Shown here piece by piece: positions 23,133-36,183 of a stretch of 64,000 nucleotides of DNA (its first letter is position 1; each line of letters opens with the position of its first letter). Both the position numbers and the translations under genes were made by a program. The notes beneath the pieces are model-generated. The model searched no databases. It worked only from the letters and a program-made list of their open reading frames with translations, and was not told the origin of the DNA. The stretch is from assembly GCF_006345805.1 (NCBI RefSeq), contig NC_042998.1, forward strand, positions 155,310,001 through 155,374,000, written 5' to 3'. This DNA is from Octopus sinensis (taxonomy: Eukaryota).

Positions 23133-26100
23133 TCATCATCATCATCATCATCATCGTTTAACGTCCGCTTTCCATGCTAGCATGGGTTGGACGGTTCAAC
23201 TGGGGTCTGGCAGGCCCGAAGGCTGCACCAGGCCAGTCAGATCTGGCAGTGTTTCTACAGCTGGATGCCCTTCCTAACGCCAACCACTCCGAGAGTGTAG
23301 TGGGTGATTTTATGTGCCACCGACACAGGTGCCAGACGAGGCTGGCAGACGGCCACGCTCGGATGGTGTTTTTTATGTGCCACCGACACAGGTGCCAGAC
23401 GAGGCTGGCTGACGGCCACGCTCGGATGGTGTTTTCTTATGTGTCACCGACACAGGTGCCAGACGAGGCTGGTGGATGGCCACGCTCGGATGGTGTTTGT
23501 TACGTGCCCTCAGCACGGAGGCCAGTCGTTGCGGTACTGGCTACGGTCACATTCGGATGGTTTTCTTATGTGCCACCGGCACTGGTACCACAAGGATACA
23601 AATTCCATTGATGTTCATCTATTTTGATTTGGTTCGATTTGATTTGATTTGATTTGATTTTCACTTGCCTCAACAGGTCTTCACAAGTGTCACAAGAAGG
23701 AAGGTATGCACAGGTGGACTGACTACGTCCCAGGTAGGGGCCATGGATTATGGCTTCACTAGTCTTGCCGGGTCTTCTCACGCACAGCATACTTCCATAG
23801 GTCTCAGTCTCTAGTCATTTCCATGGTGAGACCTAACGTCCGAAGGTCGTGCTTCACCACCTCGTCCCAGGTTTTCCTGGGTCTACCTCTTCCACGGGTT
23901 CCCTCAACTGCTAGGGATTGGCACTTTCTCACACACCTATCTTCATCCATTCTCGCCACATGACCATACCAGCGCAATCGTCTCTCTTGCACACCACAAC
24001 TGATGCTTCTTAGGTACAACATTTCTCTCAAGGTACTAACGCTCTGTCGAGTAAGTACACTGACATCCATCGGAGCATACACATCCATCGGAGCATACTG
24101 GCTTCGTTCCTCACGAGCTTACGCATGTCCTCAGCAGTCACGGCCCATGTTTCACTGCCATGTAGCATAGCTGTTCGTACACATGCATCATACAGTCTGC
24201 CTTTTACTCTGAGCGAGAGGCCTTTAGTCACCAGCAGAGGTAAGAGCTCCCTAAACTTTGCCCAGGCTATTCACTTTCAGCGCAGTTACACTTTCAGCGC
24301 ACCCACCCCCACTACTGACTTGGTCACCTAGATAGCGGAAGCTATCAACTACTTATAGTTTTTCCCCCCGGAAAGTGACGGAAGTTGTTTTCTGCAGATT
24401 TTCGGAGGTCAATGCTCCAGAGCATCTGCCACATACAAAAACTATCTTCCCAGTTAGCCTACCTTTGACATTGCTGCACCTCTTATGTGTCCATAGCTTA
24501 CACTGGGTACATCTTATAGAGTTTCTACCTACACCTTTTCTACAGATCGAGCAGGGCCATCTTCCTGAGGATATTTGTGGATTGTCTACCTTTCTACTTA
24601 TTAGTACTTTGGTTTTAGCTAGGTTGACTCTAAGGCCCCTCGATTCTAAACCCTCCTCCCACACCTGGAACTTCTCCTCCAGTTCTGATAGTGACTCAGC
24701 AATTAGAGCGAGGTCGTCAGCATAGAGGAGCTCCCAGGGGCAACCCGTCTTGAATTCCTCCACAATTGCCTGGGGGACTATGATAAATAGGAGGGGGCTG
24801 AGTACTGAACCCTGGTGGACCCCAACCTCTACTTTCAATTCTTCTGTGTACATGTTGCCAACTCTAACCTTACTTACGGCATCTCTGTACATGGCTTGCA
24901 CAGCCCTCACCAGCCATTCATCTATCCCTAGTTTCCTCATTGACCACCAGATGAGGGATCGGGGGACCCTATCAAAGGCTTTCTCCATGTCAACGAAAGC
25001 CAGGTACAGGGGCTTATCTTTGGCTAGGTATTTCTCCTGCAGCTGCCTTACCAGGAATATAGCATCAGTGGTGCTTTTCCCTGGGACAAACCCAAACTAC
25101 ATCTCATCTAAACTAACTCTCTCTCTAATTAGTTGGGCTATGACCCTCTCCATAACCTTCATTACCTGATCCAACAGCTTGATACCTCTGTAATTATTTG
25201 TATCTAGGGCATCACCTTTACCTTTGTAGCAGTTGACTAGTATGCTGCTACACCAGTCATTGGGTATGACTCCTTCGTGTATCACCTGGTTGACTATACG
25301 GGTGACTAGGTTATAGCCGACACTGCCAGATATTTTGAGCATCTCTGCAGTAATTCCTGGTGGGCCTGGGGCTCTCCCTGTCTTCATGCTTCTAATTGCC
25401 TTAGCTACCACGGAACTATCAACTCGAATAGCTGGTCCCTCTGTTGGGTCAACATTCGGCAGACTCTCTTTATCCCATTCATTTTCTTTATTCAGCAACC
25501 TTTCATAGTGGCATCTCCAAACCTCTCTCTTTGCATCCTCATTTAGCGCAAGTGAACCATCATCCATGCGAACACACTTCTCTCCTACCACGTCACGATT
25601 CTCTCTCACACACTGTCTTGCAACACGAAATACCTCAAGTCTTTCATCCTCACGGCTCAGAACATTGGCAAATTTTTTCTTATCCGCTTCCCCTCTGGCT
25701 AAATAAACCTGTCTCCTAGCTTCCCTTTTGGCTGTCTGATACAATTCCCTGCTACCACCGTTCTTCCAGTCCTTCCAAGCCTTTCTCTTTTGTCTAATAG
25801 CCCTGTCAACCACAGTGTTCCACCACCATGTTACTCTGGGTCGAGATGGTACTTTGCTCCATCCACAGATCTGGTCAGTGGCTGTCAGCAGATTGTCCCG
25901 TAGAAATCTCCAGTTGTCTTCCACATTAAGTGAAGCTATATCCCCTTCTATTTCGTCAGAGGCTTCGAGTATTATGTCTCTAAATCTCTGTCCATTTGCA
26001 GGATCTTTAAGCTTCCAGACCCTTCTCCTCCAAGCTGGTCTTCTTCTGGGCAACCATTTAGCTCTGATCCTGAAGTCGCTAACTACTAATCTATGTTGGG

Positions 26101-26598
26101 GAGTACATTCTTCGCCTGGGAAGGTTTTGGCATTTATAATCAGCCCTCTTTCCCTTTTTCTGGCAAGGATGTAGTCAATCTGGCTGGTGTGTCTTCCAGA
26201 ACGGTAGGTGACTAGGTGAGAGGTGGGTTTCCTGAAGTGGGTATTGCAGACCATAAGGTCATTTGCATCGCAGAACTCCAGCAGCCTGGTTCCCTCCTCA
26301 TTTCGAGAGCCAAAACCGTAGCCTCCATGGACGCCATGGAAGCCCCCGACATGTCGTCCAACATGTCCATTGAAATCACCTGCCACGAAGAGAAGGTCAC
26401 TGTCATTTGTCAATGAGGTAGTCCGCAATCGGGTGTCATAGAATTGGTCTTTTTGTCCTTCCGGTAGCCCTGGTTGAGGAGCATATGCCGAGATGATGTT
26501 AGCTGTCCTATGGTGAAGAACTAATCTAATTTTAATTACTCTGTCACTTACTCTGACTACCTCGATTACCTTACCTACCCATTTCTCCGCAAGAAGTA
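23131..26598 (-). mobile_element. RTE LINE copy 3 (young, 5' truncated)
   Basis: 443-aa and 211-aa in-frame ORFs separated by one stop; second stop at 24353-24355; 3' UTR and (GAT)n tail. Confidence 0.96.
23310..23585. repeat. ~62-bp tandem repeats in the RTE 3' UTR
   Basis: TGTGCCACCGACACAGGTGCCAGACGAGGCTGG..GACGGCCACGCTCGGATGGTG three times, plus diverged units. Confidence 0.9.
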
Positions 26599-27138
26599 CT
26601 AATTGTTGTAGTTATAATTTGTAGTAGTAAAATGTGTAAAAATTAGCACAAGATTATATAGTGTATATTACATAATTAGAATAAGATGAAAATTAGATGT
26701 TTATAAAATAAATAAATAAATTAATGAAAATTTATGTTTATTATATTATGAATTTAGTATTTAATTATTTAGACTTTACAATTTTTCCAGTAAATGGTAT
26801 ATTAAAGCTATTTATTTTCTTATTTTCACAGCTAAAATACATTTGTAATTTTAATGGCTTAAATACATATTTCTATCTATTTCTTTTATAAATTCTATTT
26901 ATGCCATATTTTCATGCGATATAATTCTTATAAATGCCAAGTTCTACGTATTACATCTAAATTTTTACTTAATGAAAATCCATCGATAAGATAAGTTATG
27001 TTTTTATTTTAAGAAATATTGTTAAATGTTTTTGGATTATTTATAGTTGATACATGTATTTTTATATATTTATTTGATAATTAGTATAATTTAAGATAAG
27101 TACATTTATTCTATTATTATTTTATTATCTATTATTTT

Positions 27139-27242
27139 AGACCTGATGAGAGACTATATTTTTAAATACAATTAATCTTAAATCAAATTGATTTTATTAT
27201 TATTATCTATTTGAAAATATAGTCACGAAATACACGTAGTCT
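27139..27242 (+). ncRNA. Type I hammerhead with long stem II, in AT-rich pLTR-like DNA
   Basis: AGAC-CUGAUGA-G a GACUAUAUUUU...AAAAUAUAGUC a C-GAAA-U ACAC G-UA-GUCU; 11-bp perfect helix in stem II; GUA triplet. Confidence 0.75.
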
Positions 27243-27489
27243 TTTTACTACTATTTACTATTTATTGTATTTTATAGATTTTTAGAATAAGGTTTTTATA
27301 GTATATGTTTTCTATATGGTGTGAATAACACCTTTAATTATTGAATTGTTTAATAGTGGTTTTTCTCTAAATTATATACATATATTATATATTGCGAAAT
27401 TTGATTTAAAACTGTTGAATTGAATTTTTCTCTGTAAGTTTTGGAATTATATTCCCTACTGTTATTGCTATTATTATTATCATTATATA

Positions 27490-28674
27490 TCTGTATATAT
27501 AAAATGCAGGATGTGTGTGTGTGTGTGTGTATGTGAATGTAGTTTATGCATGTCCACAAATTAGCACACATGTCACTCCAATTTTAGGAGGACATTCATC
27601 ACCACCCTACCTGGATTTTGTAAACTTATTTTTTCGAGGCATCCGCGGATAGTGGTAAAAATCTATTTTCAACCATAACTTTTACCAATTTTGAAGTTTG
27701 TTAACATGAGTTAAGTCCCTTCTTAAGTGAAAGTGTGTGTGTGTGTGTGTGAGGGAGAGAGAATTGTGTATTGATGTATGTGTGTGTGTGTGTGTGAGGG
27801 AGAGAGAGTGTTTGACAGCGTCTAACAAAAAAGTTAAGAAAAAGTATGTGTAAAGGAGAGGGAGAGAGTTTGACAGCGTCTAACAAAAAAAGGTAAAGAC
27901 AAAGTGTGAGAGAGAGGGAGAGTGACAGCGTTCATCAAAAATAAAAATGCAAAATATTTTGTTTTTTTCTTAAACACGTGATATAGTCTTCAAATTTAGG
28001 ATGTTTTTGAAAGACACTATATTTTATTATCAGATTATATATACTTTCATACACAACAATTAAAATATATTTTAAATCATTTATTTATTTTAAATCGTTC
28101 ATGTTTCTTCCCCCTCTCACACACACATTACTTTGGGCGCGAAAGAGTTTTGTTTTTATTTTACGCCGAGGGAAAAAGTGTTTTGTTGAGAATCCATTTA
28201 TTTAACAACAAAGAAACAAAGAGGTAGGTAACAATTTGCCAGTGACTTACACAATATAAATGAGTACAATTTCTGAGGCTTCCACCCAACCCAAACCCAT
28301 TTTTCGGACCACAAAATGGGTTTTGTAGCATATTAGGAGGCCAGAGTAGTTGATTCCATGCAAAAAATGATATTTTTTTTTCTTAGTGAAAATCTACAAA
28401 TTTACCAACAACTTTTCCATTCATTTGTTTATGAACATGTATGCGTACAAAAAACACATATGCAGATGTATGTACATATGTGTGTGTATGTGTGTGTGTG
28501 TGTGTTGTCCATATATATTTATATTATTTATATCGTATATATATATATATATATATTTTAAATGGATTTCGCCCAAATTTGACGTCGATGTTACTTAGTT
28601 TGGTTTGAAATAAAGAACTTGATTAGCTTAATAATCCTAACTTAATCCCGGGCAAAGCCGGTTTATACTGCTAG
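27490..28674 (+). mobile_element. Non-autonomous Helitron-like element
   Basis: A|TCTGTATATATAAAA plus (TG)n at the 5' end; CCGGGCAAAGCCGG hairpin then TATACTGCTAG|T at the 3' end. Confidence 0.7.
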
Positions 28675-28726
28675 TATATATATGTATATGTGTGAATCTG
28701 TATATATATATATCTATATTTTTAGG

Positions 28727-28763
<37 letters not shown>

Positions 28764-28966
28764 GTGTGTATGAATGTGAATATATGTAGCTATGTAAACG
28801 TATATATGATGTATTGGTATAAGTGTGTGTACACATGTATATGCATGTGATAGGTAGTTGTCTATGTGTATTTGTGTGTAGCTGGATATGTGTATATATA
28901 TGTGTATACATCTATGTATAGACATGTGCAGTTGTATTGTGTGTATATATATATGTGTATATATAC

Positions 28967-29279
28967 TCTTTTATTCTTTTACTTGTTTCAGTCACCTGAC
29001 TGCAGCCATACTGGAGTACCCCAAGACTTATTTTTTGTAAGCCTACTATTATTCTGTTGGTCTCTTTTTGCCGAACAGCTAAGTGATGGGGACATAAACA
29101 TACCAACATCAGTTGTCAAGCGATGGTGGGGGACAAACACACGCACAAATAAGAATTATATACACACATATATATATCTGTAAATATAATTGTCACATAT
29201 TATATTTACAGATAAATTCCTCTATTTTCATAATATCGAGGTCTCTTTCATTCTTTTGTTGTCTTGCCATTACAATCAA

Positions 29280-29334
<55 letters not shown>

Positions 29335-29419
29335 TAAAAAATGGAGTTGTATTTTGCTGCCCTGGTAATTATTTATTTATTTTTCCGTGTTAATTGTTAA
29401 CAAGGTAAAAATACACTCA

Positions 29420-29454
<35 letters not shown>

Positions 29455-29580
29455 ATGAGTTTCTTTCAGTTTCTATCTACCAAATCCCCTCACAAGGCTT
29501 TGGTTGGCCCGAGACTATACTAGAAGACACTTGCCCAAGATGCTATGTAGTGGGACTGAACCCAGAACCATGTGGTTGGG
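28967..29580 (-). mobile_element. tRNA-derived SINE split by an insertion in its internal microsatellite
   Basis: Tail 28967-29140 and head 29455-29580 match the SINE at 39582. Confidence 0.75.
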
Positions 29581-29690
29581 ATGTGTTTATATGTATATCT
29601 GCAAATATGTCTATGTCTGTATAGATATGAGTGTGTGTGCATGTGTGTGTGAGTGTGTGTGTATGTGTACCTGTGTGTGTGTGTATATAT

Positions 29691-29734
<44 letters not shown>

Positions 29735-29832
29735 AATAATGGTATGACAATAAAAGAATGAAAGAGACCTCGATATTATGTAAATAGAGGAATTTATCTG
29801 TAATATAATAGGTGACAATTATTTGGTTGCCA

Positions 29833-29895
29833 TAATAAAACTCCGAGTTTTGGATGTTAGGGCAGAAATCTGCTCTGGCATCTCATCAGTTATTA
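29833..29895 (-). ncRNA. Hammerhead motif with G12-to-A change
   Basis: UAAUAA-CUGAUGA-GAUG...CAUC c AAAA-CUC g GAG-UU-UUAUUA: stem I 6 bp, stem II 4 bp, stem III 3 bp. Confidence 0.6.
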
Positions 29896-30055
29896 AGACA
29901 ATCAAAATATGCTATGAAAATGACTGTTAAACAAAGGTAAATTACTATGTAATTGACTGTTATTAAGACAAAGAGATATTAGAATGACCATTAAATAGGG
30001 GGGAAAAATCGAAGGGGAGAAAGTAAAAAAGTAAAAATGCTCATAGAAATCATGT

Positions 30056-30450
30056 ATGCACGTATGTACACACATACACATGCATGTACACCCACGTACA
30101 TGTGCCTATATACATATGCTCACTCACTCACATGAAACACATACATGCATACCCACAGATACACCTATATATGCACATATATATGCAACCATACATGTAC
30201 ACATATACATATCTGCACACACGTGCAGACACACATGCACATACCCATACATGCACAATTATATTCAAATACGTCTAAATATGCACATGCTATATATGCA
30301 TACACTCACTCACACTCGTGTGAAACACATGCATGTACAGCCACATATATATGCAGCCATACACATATGCACATACATGTACATATATACATACCCACAC
30401 ACACATACGTGCACAAATATGTTCATATACTCATCTATATATGCACATGT
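30056..30450. repeat. Degenerate CA/TACA-rich simple repeat
   Basis: Low complexity; the H/T/Y-rich ORFs here are artefacts. Confidence 0.85.
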
Positions 30451-30869
30451 ACAAAAAAAATGTAGGGTGAAAGGTTAAATACAGAAAAATATGTAAAAAT
30501 ATATAAAGCAATAAATATATATATATATATATATAAAAATATGTAAAAAAATATATATATATAAATATATAGAGATAAAATGCTTCTACATGGACACAAT
30601 ATAAAAAGCAGGTTCTATCTGTGATCTTTTAGGGACCAAAAACATAACAAATATTTAGCCATATATGGACATGAACCAAAAAGTTCAGTTCTTGAATTTA
30701 GACATGTAGCGGAGAGTAAGCTGCTTTTGCAGATGAGCCATCTTTCCATATCACAAAGACCACTCTATATATGTATATATTTGAATTTGTATACATATTA
30801 AATAAATAAATGGATAAATAAATTATTGATTGTATGAATAAATAAAATGATACTAATTTTTTTTTAAAC

Positions 30870-31400
30870 TTAAGATATAGGTTTTAATTATGCTATCATC
30901 TTTATATAAAATGATTATAATTATATAAATTGAATTTAATATCTAATGATAATAATATATGAATAATTTTATAACAGGCTGTCGTGATTAAAAACATTTC
31001 TCTTGTAAGTACAAACAAAATTTTTATTCCCTGTGATATTTTTCCAAACTTTATAATGTGACAACATTATTTAATGTAATTGCATTTGAGGTCAAATTTT
31101 GTTATTATACTGAAGTGTTTTATTTAAACTGAATGGTTTGAAGCTTGAGGAAAAAATTTTGTCATCATACTGCATGATTTGTAAGTTTTTTTTTATTCTA
31201 ACTGAAAGGTTTACAACTTTAAGCTAGTATATATATCACTATATTTGTAGTTAAATTTAAGATATAGGTTTTAATTATGCTATCATCTTTATATAGAATG
31301 ATTATAAGTATATAAATTGAATTTAATATTTAATGATAATAATATATGAATAATTTTATAACAGGCTGTTATGATTAAAAACATTTCTCTGGTAAGTACA
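30870..31400. repeat. 144-bp direct repeat (30870-31013 and 31257-31400)
   Basis: TTAAGATATAGGTTTTAATTATGCTATCATC...GTAAGTACA in both copies, with few differences. Confidence 0.9.
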
Positions 31401-31566
31401 CATTTCCAGTCATTTTTCTGCGAGCAATGAATGCATAAATATATAAACATTGATTTACGGTGGTATTTTCCTATGATAAACTAAGTAAATTTGTGGTTTT
31501 TACTTGTTATTTACCATGAATAATGTTTATATTAGTACAAATAAATTTATTAGAATAATTACTCCT

Positions 31567-31952
31567 TACTCTTTTTTACTCTTTTACTTGTTTCAGTCAT
31601 GTGACTGTGGCCATGCTGGAGCACAGCCTTTAGTCGAGCAAATCGACCCCAGGACTTGTTCTTTGTAAGCCTAGTACTAATTCTATCGGTCGCTTTTACC
31701 GAACCGCTAAGTTACGGGGACATAAACACATCAACATCGGTTGTCAAGCGATGTTGGGGGACAAACACAAACACACATATACATATATACGACGGGTTTC
31801 TCTCAGTTTCCGTCTACCAAATCCACTCACAAGGTTTTGGTCGGCCCGAGGCTATAGTAGAAGACACTTGCCTAAGGTGCCACGCAGTGGGACTGAACCC
31901 AGAACCATGTGGTTGGTAAGTAAGCTACTTACCACACAGCCACTCCTATGCC
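31567..31952 (-). mobile_element. Full-length tRNA-derived SINE
   Basis: Head with A/B-box-like motifs, GGCACCTTAGGCAAGTGTC core, microsatellite, tail ...GACTGAAACAAGTAAAAGAG. Confidence 0.9.
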
Positions 31953-32640
31953 TATCATTTTGAATAATTACATATATGAATATTTCTTGTAAATCCTATA
32001 ATATTTAGTATATATTATTATATGTTCTTTCGAACTTGTATACACATAAAATTATAGAATAATAAAACTACTGGCTTACTCTAATTTATTTTGTTCTATA
32101 AAACTAATTAAAATTCTGATACTTTATTTATATATTTATTGAAATCATTTTTTATGTAAGAAATAGTATACTTTATAATAATCATAAGTTTATAGATTTG
32201 TTTAACATTGGCATATTTAGTAGAAAGTTTTGAGTAAATGAATTGTTGATTAAAAAAATTTTTTCATGAAGCTGGTGTCTAAATAAAATACATCCTTATT
32301 TATTTATTTTATTCATCACAGTATATAATAATTTTAAATAAAATATATTTCCTACTTCACCATAAATTCTTAACATATATAGATCTTTTTAGATAATAAA
32401 ATGGGCAGTGATTATTTTTGATTAAAATATCTTTAGATTAATATTACTGGAGATGCATAAGAACATTTTAGGACTGTTGTCATTTTTCTTTCATTAATTA
32501 TTTTATCTATTTGAATTTTGTGTTTGTTTTTGTTGTATTTATTATATTTTTGAATTATTAATGCACATGCTTGTAAACATAGGTATATCTTAAATCAGTC
32601 TGTTTTATGATTTAGCAGTCCTTGCATGGAAGTTTTGTAC

Positions 32641-32724
32641 AAATACCTGAAGAGACTCATATGTATAAATGTGAATTTTTATTAATTCACTAGCGGATAT
32701 TAGTTGAAGCAAATTGTTGGAGTT
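32641..32724 (+). ncRNA. Decayed hammerhead motif (GAAG in place of GAAA)
   Basis: CUGAAGA-GACUcAUAU...AUAUuAGUU-GAAG-CA aau UG-UU; internal 7-bp hairpin GUGAAUU/AAUUCAC; weak stem I. Confidence 0.45.
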
Positions 32725-32801
32725 ATATTTGTTTTAACTATTTATCATATTATGAATAAATTTTTAATATTTTAATATAGATAAAATTTTAATATTTCCT
32801 T

Positions 32802-32843
<42 letters not shown>

Positions 32844-32869
32844 AAGGAAATATTAAAATATATATATAT

Positions 32870-33165
32870 CATCATCATCCTCATTGTTTAATGTCTGCTT
32901 TCTATGCTGGCATTGGTTGGACAGTTTGACTGAGGACTGGTGAACCAGAGGCTGCACCAGGCTTAATCTGATCTGGCAAAATTTCTACAGTTTGATGCCC
33001 TTCCTAACACCAATCTCTCCAAGAGTGTAGTGGGTGCTTTTTACATGACACCAGCACGAGGGGCAGTCAGGTGGTTCTGGCAATGACCACACTCAAAAGG
33101 TGTTTTTACGTGCTACCTGCATGGGAGCCAGTCTGGCGGCACTGGCAAAGACCATGCTCAAATAA
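32870..33165 (-). mobile_element. RTE 3'-tail / SINE fragment
   Basis: (CAT)n followed by the same tail sequence as 23131-23300. Confidence 0.8.
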
Positions 33166-33169
33166 ATTT

Positions 33170-33566
33170 ATTCTTTTATTTGTTTCAGTCATTTGACTGT
33201 GGCCATGCTGGAGCACTACCTTTAGTCGAACAAACCGACTCCAGGACTTAATCTTTGTAAGCCGAGTATTTATTCTCTCAGTCTCTTTTGCTGAACCGCT
33301 AAGTTATGGAGATGTAAACACACCAACATTCGTTGTCAAGTGATGGTGGGGGACAAACACAGACACACAAAAACATACATACATACATACATATATATAC
33401 ATATGACAGGTTTTTTTCAGTTTCTGTCTACCAAATCCACTCACAAAGCTTTGGTCAGCCTGAAGCTATAGTAGGAGACACTTGCCCAAGGTGCCATGCA
33501 GTGGGACTGAACCCGGAACCATGTAGTTGGTAAACAAGCTACTTACCATACAGCTACTCCTGTGCC
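33170..33566 (-). mobile_element. Full-length tRNA-derived SINE
   Basis: Collinear with the SINEs at 31567 and 39582. Confidence 0.9.
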
Positions 33567-33989
33567 TATATATATATGTGTGTAGAATGAATAAATGGAG
33601 TTAAATGCAGATGTTATTTAAATCTTTTTACTTCCAACATATGTTTCAAAGAAAACATTTGTATTTTTCCAGAAGGAATAAAATGGTGTAAAACAATGCA
33701 ATCTTCTCATTTGGGGAAAGAAAGAAACCAAACACATCAAAAGACATTTAAACAGAATGTGATGACTGTGTATATGATGAAGGGAACACTAGCAAGTTTT
33801 TTTTAAAAATCTGTTAGTAGATATAACATCAAAGGTTGTTGAAAGAAAGAGGAGGAGAAAGAAAGAAATTAGCAGAAAACTAATAGTGAAGAGATATAGA
33901 GTGATAGGTGAATAGGAATAAAGCTGAAAGGCTTGGGAGTAGATATATTTAGTGGAAGTGAAATGTAAGAAGACAGTCAGAGACTGAAT

Positions 33990-35870
33990 TTTATAGAATG
34001 GTAGAAATCACTTATAGGAACAAAAGGTATGTTTTCACCAATGTTTGCAATGATAAACGCATTCTATAAACGTGTTTACAAGAGGATTCTCTGAGAACAC
34101 GATGAAATACATTTCACTGTTACAAAGCAGACAAAAAGATTTACCTTTATCATACACAAAAGATATAGATAGAATATTCTATTCCAAATCAAGTTGTTTA
34201 TTAGAGTCCTTTAGATACCAAATTAATTTACTAAGCCCAGTATTGTTACGCTTATTGATATGTCTAAATGTAGAGTAATGATTAGATATTCTTTTGGACA
34301 ACTGAGATGAAGAACTACCTATATAAAAAAAGACATCTAATCCGGAAGTAATTTTACATTGATAAATAGAATTTCTAGTCTTAGAACAACTGCTAAGGAA
34401 ATGAATGTGATTGGAATCAGCATCAGAAACACTAACACCACTGCTATTATTATTTAAAGAATGGTTAGTGTTAACAAAATCAATGTTACTATTTTCATTA
34501 AGTGGATTTGTATTTAACAACTTATTATTATGTGAAGAGATGATTTGTGAAAGATTTTTTGTGTTAGAAAACCCTATCCAGATTCAGTGTGAATTAATAA
34601 TCAAATAGTATCTTTCTATTTCTTGGGAAATTCTTTTCTATAATTTCACAAAACTGGTAAGGGAGGTTGTATTTGATCTGCTTACCTTATGGAATTATTA
34701 ACCAAACAGTTTTGCTAGGACATACCTTGTTATTAGGGTACTTATCTTTAAAAGTCCTTGATGTATCTTTGTAATGAAAAAAGGGTATTAAATAAAGACC
34801 CTTACACTGCAGAATTACATTACTTGATTTGGTGTTATTATTCAAAATAAAATCAATATTGTTAATATCGTTATGACTTGATTTCATGTCCTGATTAATA
34901 GAGGTAGAATTAAAGTCAATAGGGTTAATATAGATAATATTTCCTTTATAACCTGCTTTAAGTAAGGCAGAGTTATAAAATTCAGTTTTATCATTGAAGA
35001 TATCAACATTAGCAGATAATCTAGAAAGTCTAAGTGAAATATTCTTAACTAAATTCTTAGAGTGATTACTGAAAGAGCTAATATATATTAAATTAGTTGA
35101 GGGTTTATGGTATGGGAAATATGAATCATTACGCAAGTTAAGGGTAATATCCAAAAAGTTGGCTTTAGTTATATCATTGTCAAACACAATGCTTAAGCCC
35201 ATGTTTCTGAAAAATTGAATTAAGCTATTCTTAACCCTTTGTAATTTTTGATATCATCATGATATAGACCTCTACTGATGTTTGGGAATTGATCAGCCAT
35301 CTCATAAAGGATATATATAGTGACCAAATCAGTGATTTGTGCTAAATCAGAACTTTATATATAACTAACACGAGATTTAAAAACAAAATGGCTGATCTAC
35401 CACCTGACCTTGTCACGGATAGTTGGGAGAAATGCAATGCATTATCTAATTGCAACCAATATAAGCCATCAGTTAGACAGATATAAAGATGTTAGGAATA
35501 GATACTGGAAGCGAAATAGTGGTAGTGAGGAGATAAGTAAAACCAATACGGGAAGTCATATGGTTCACCCCCACTTTTTCTCTTAGAGTAAGAAACTTGC
35601 CCAAGCTGTATTATAGGATTCTGAAGGAGAATTTCCCAAAGGATCATAAATACTACAGCATCTGCAATAAGTCCTCCATCAAACTTTCTCAGTAATGCTA
35701 AATTTGGCCTCCATTATTGCATCTATTAATAGAAGCAAGTTAAATGGGTAAGAGCACAGGAAGTATTCTTCTGCTGGAAACTCTGGTATTGGCCAAGTAA
35801 GCTCTACAAACCATTTGCTCCCACCTGTCTTATCGACCCCCAGTGATAAGATATATGAAGGAAAGAACAC
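33990..35870 (-). mobile_element. PLE RT plus GIY-YIG remnant
   Basis: GLYHDD (RT GLYRDD-like); ANFLDITLNL...YHKP...ISLRLSRLS...NSALLKAGY; FYIGSSSSQLSKRISNH...NNTGLSKLIW; 5' limit uncertain. Confidence 0.8.
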
Positions 35871-35924
35871 AGGAAGCCAGATAAGTAATGTTAGTATTAG
35901 TAATAATGTAATTGTAGAAACCCT

Positions 35925-36135
35925 GGATTATGTCCCCTGATGGGTACTGTCTCACTACTAATGCAATATATAAATGCGTTGTTAAAGAGGATAATTTGGA
36001 TAAGTTTTATATAGGCAGTATGTAAATTTTAAGGCTAGGTACAGGGCCCACATGAATTCGTTTTTGAACAAAAAATATTGTAATTCTACTATACTTGCCT
36101 CTTATATACATGGTTTAAAGAGGAATAATAAAAGA
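35925..36135 (+). mobile_element. GIY-YIG endonuclease fragment, divergent from the adjacent PLE
   Basis: CP/LDGYCLTTNAIYKCVV...FYIGS; FKARYRAHMNSFLN...STILASYI. Confidence 0.7.
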
Positions 36136-36183
36136 TACATTATTTACATTCGACCGATATGTGTCCTCATCGTGTTTGTTCTT

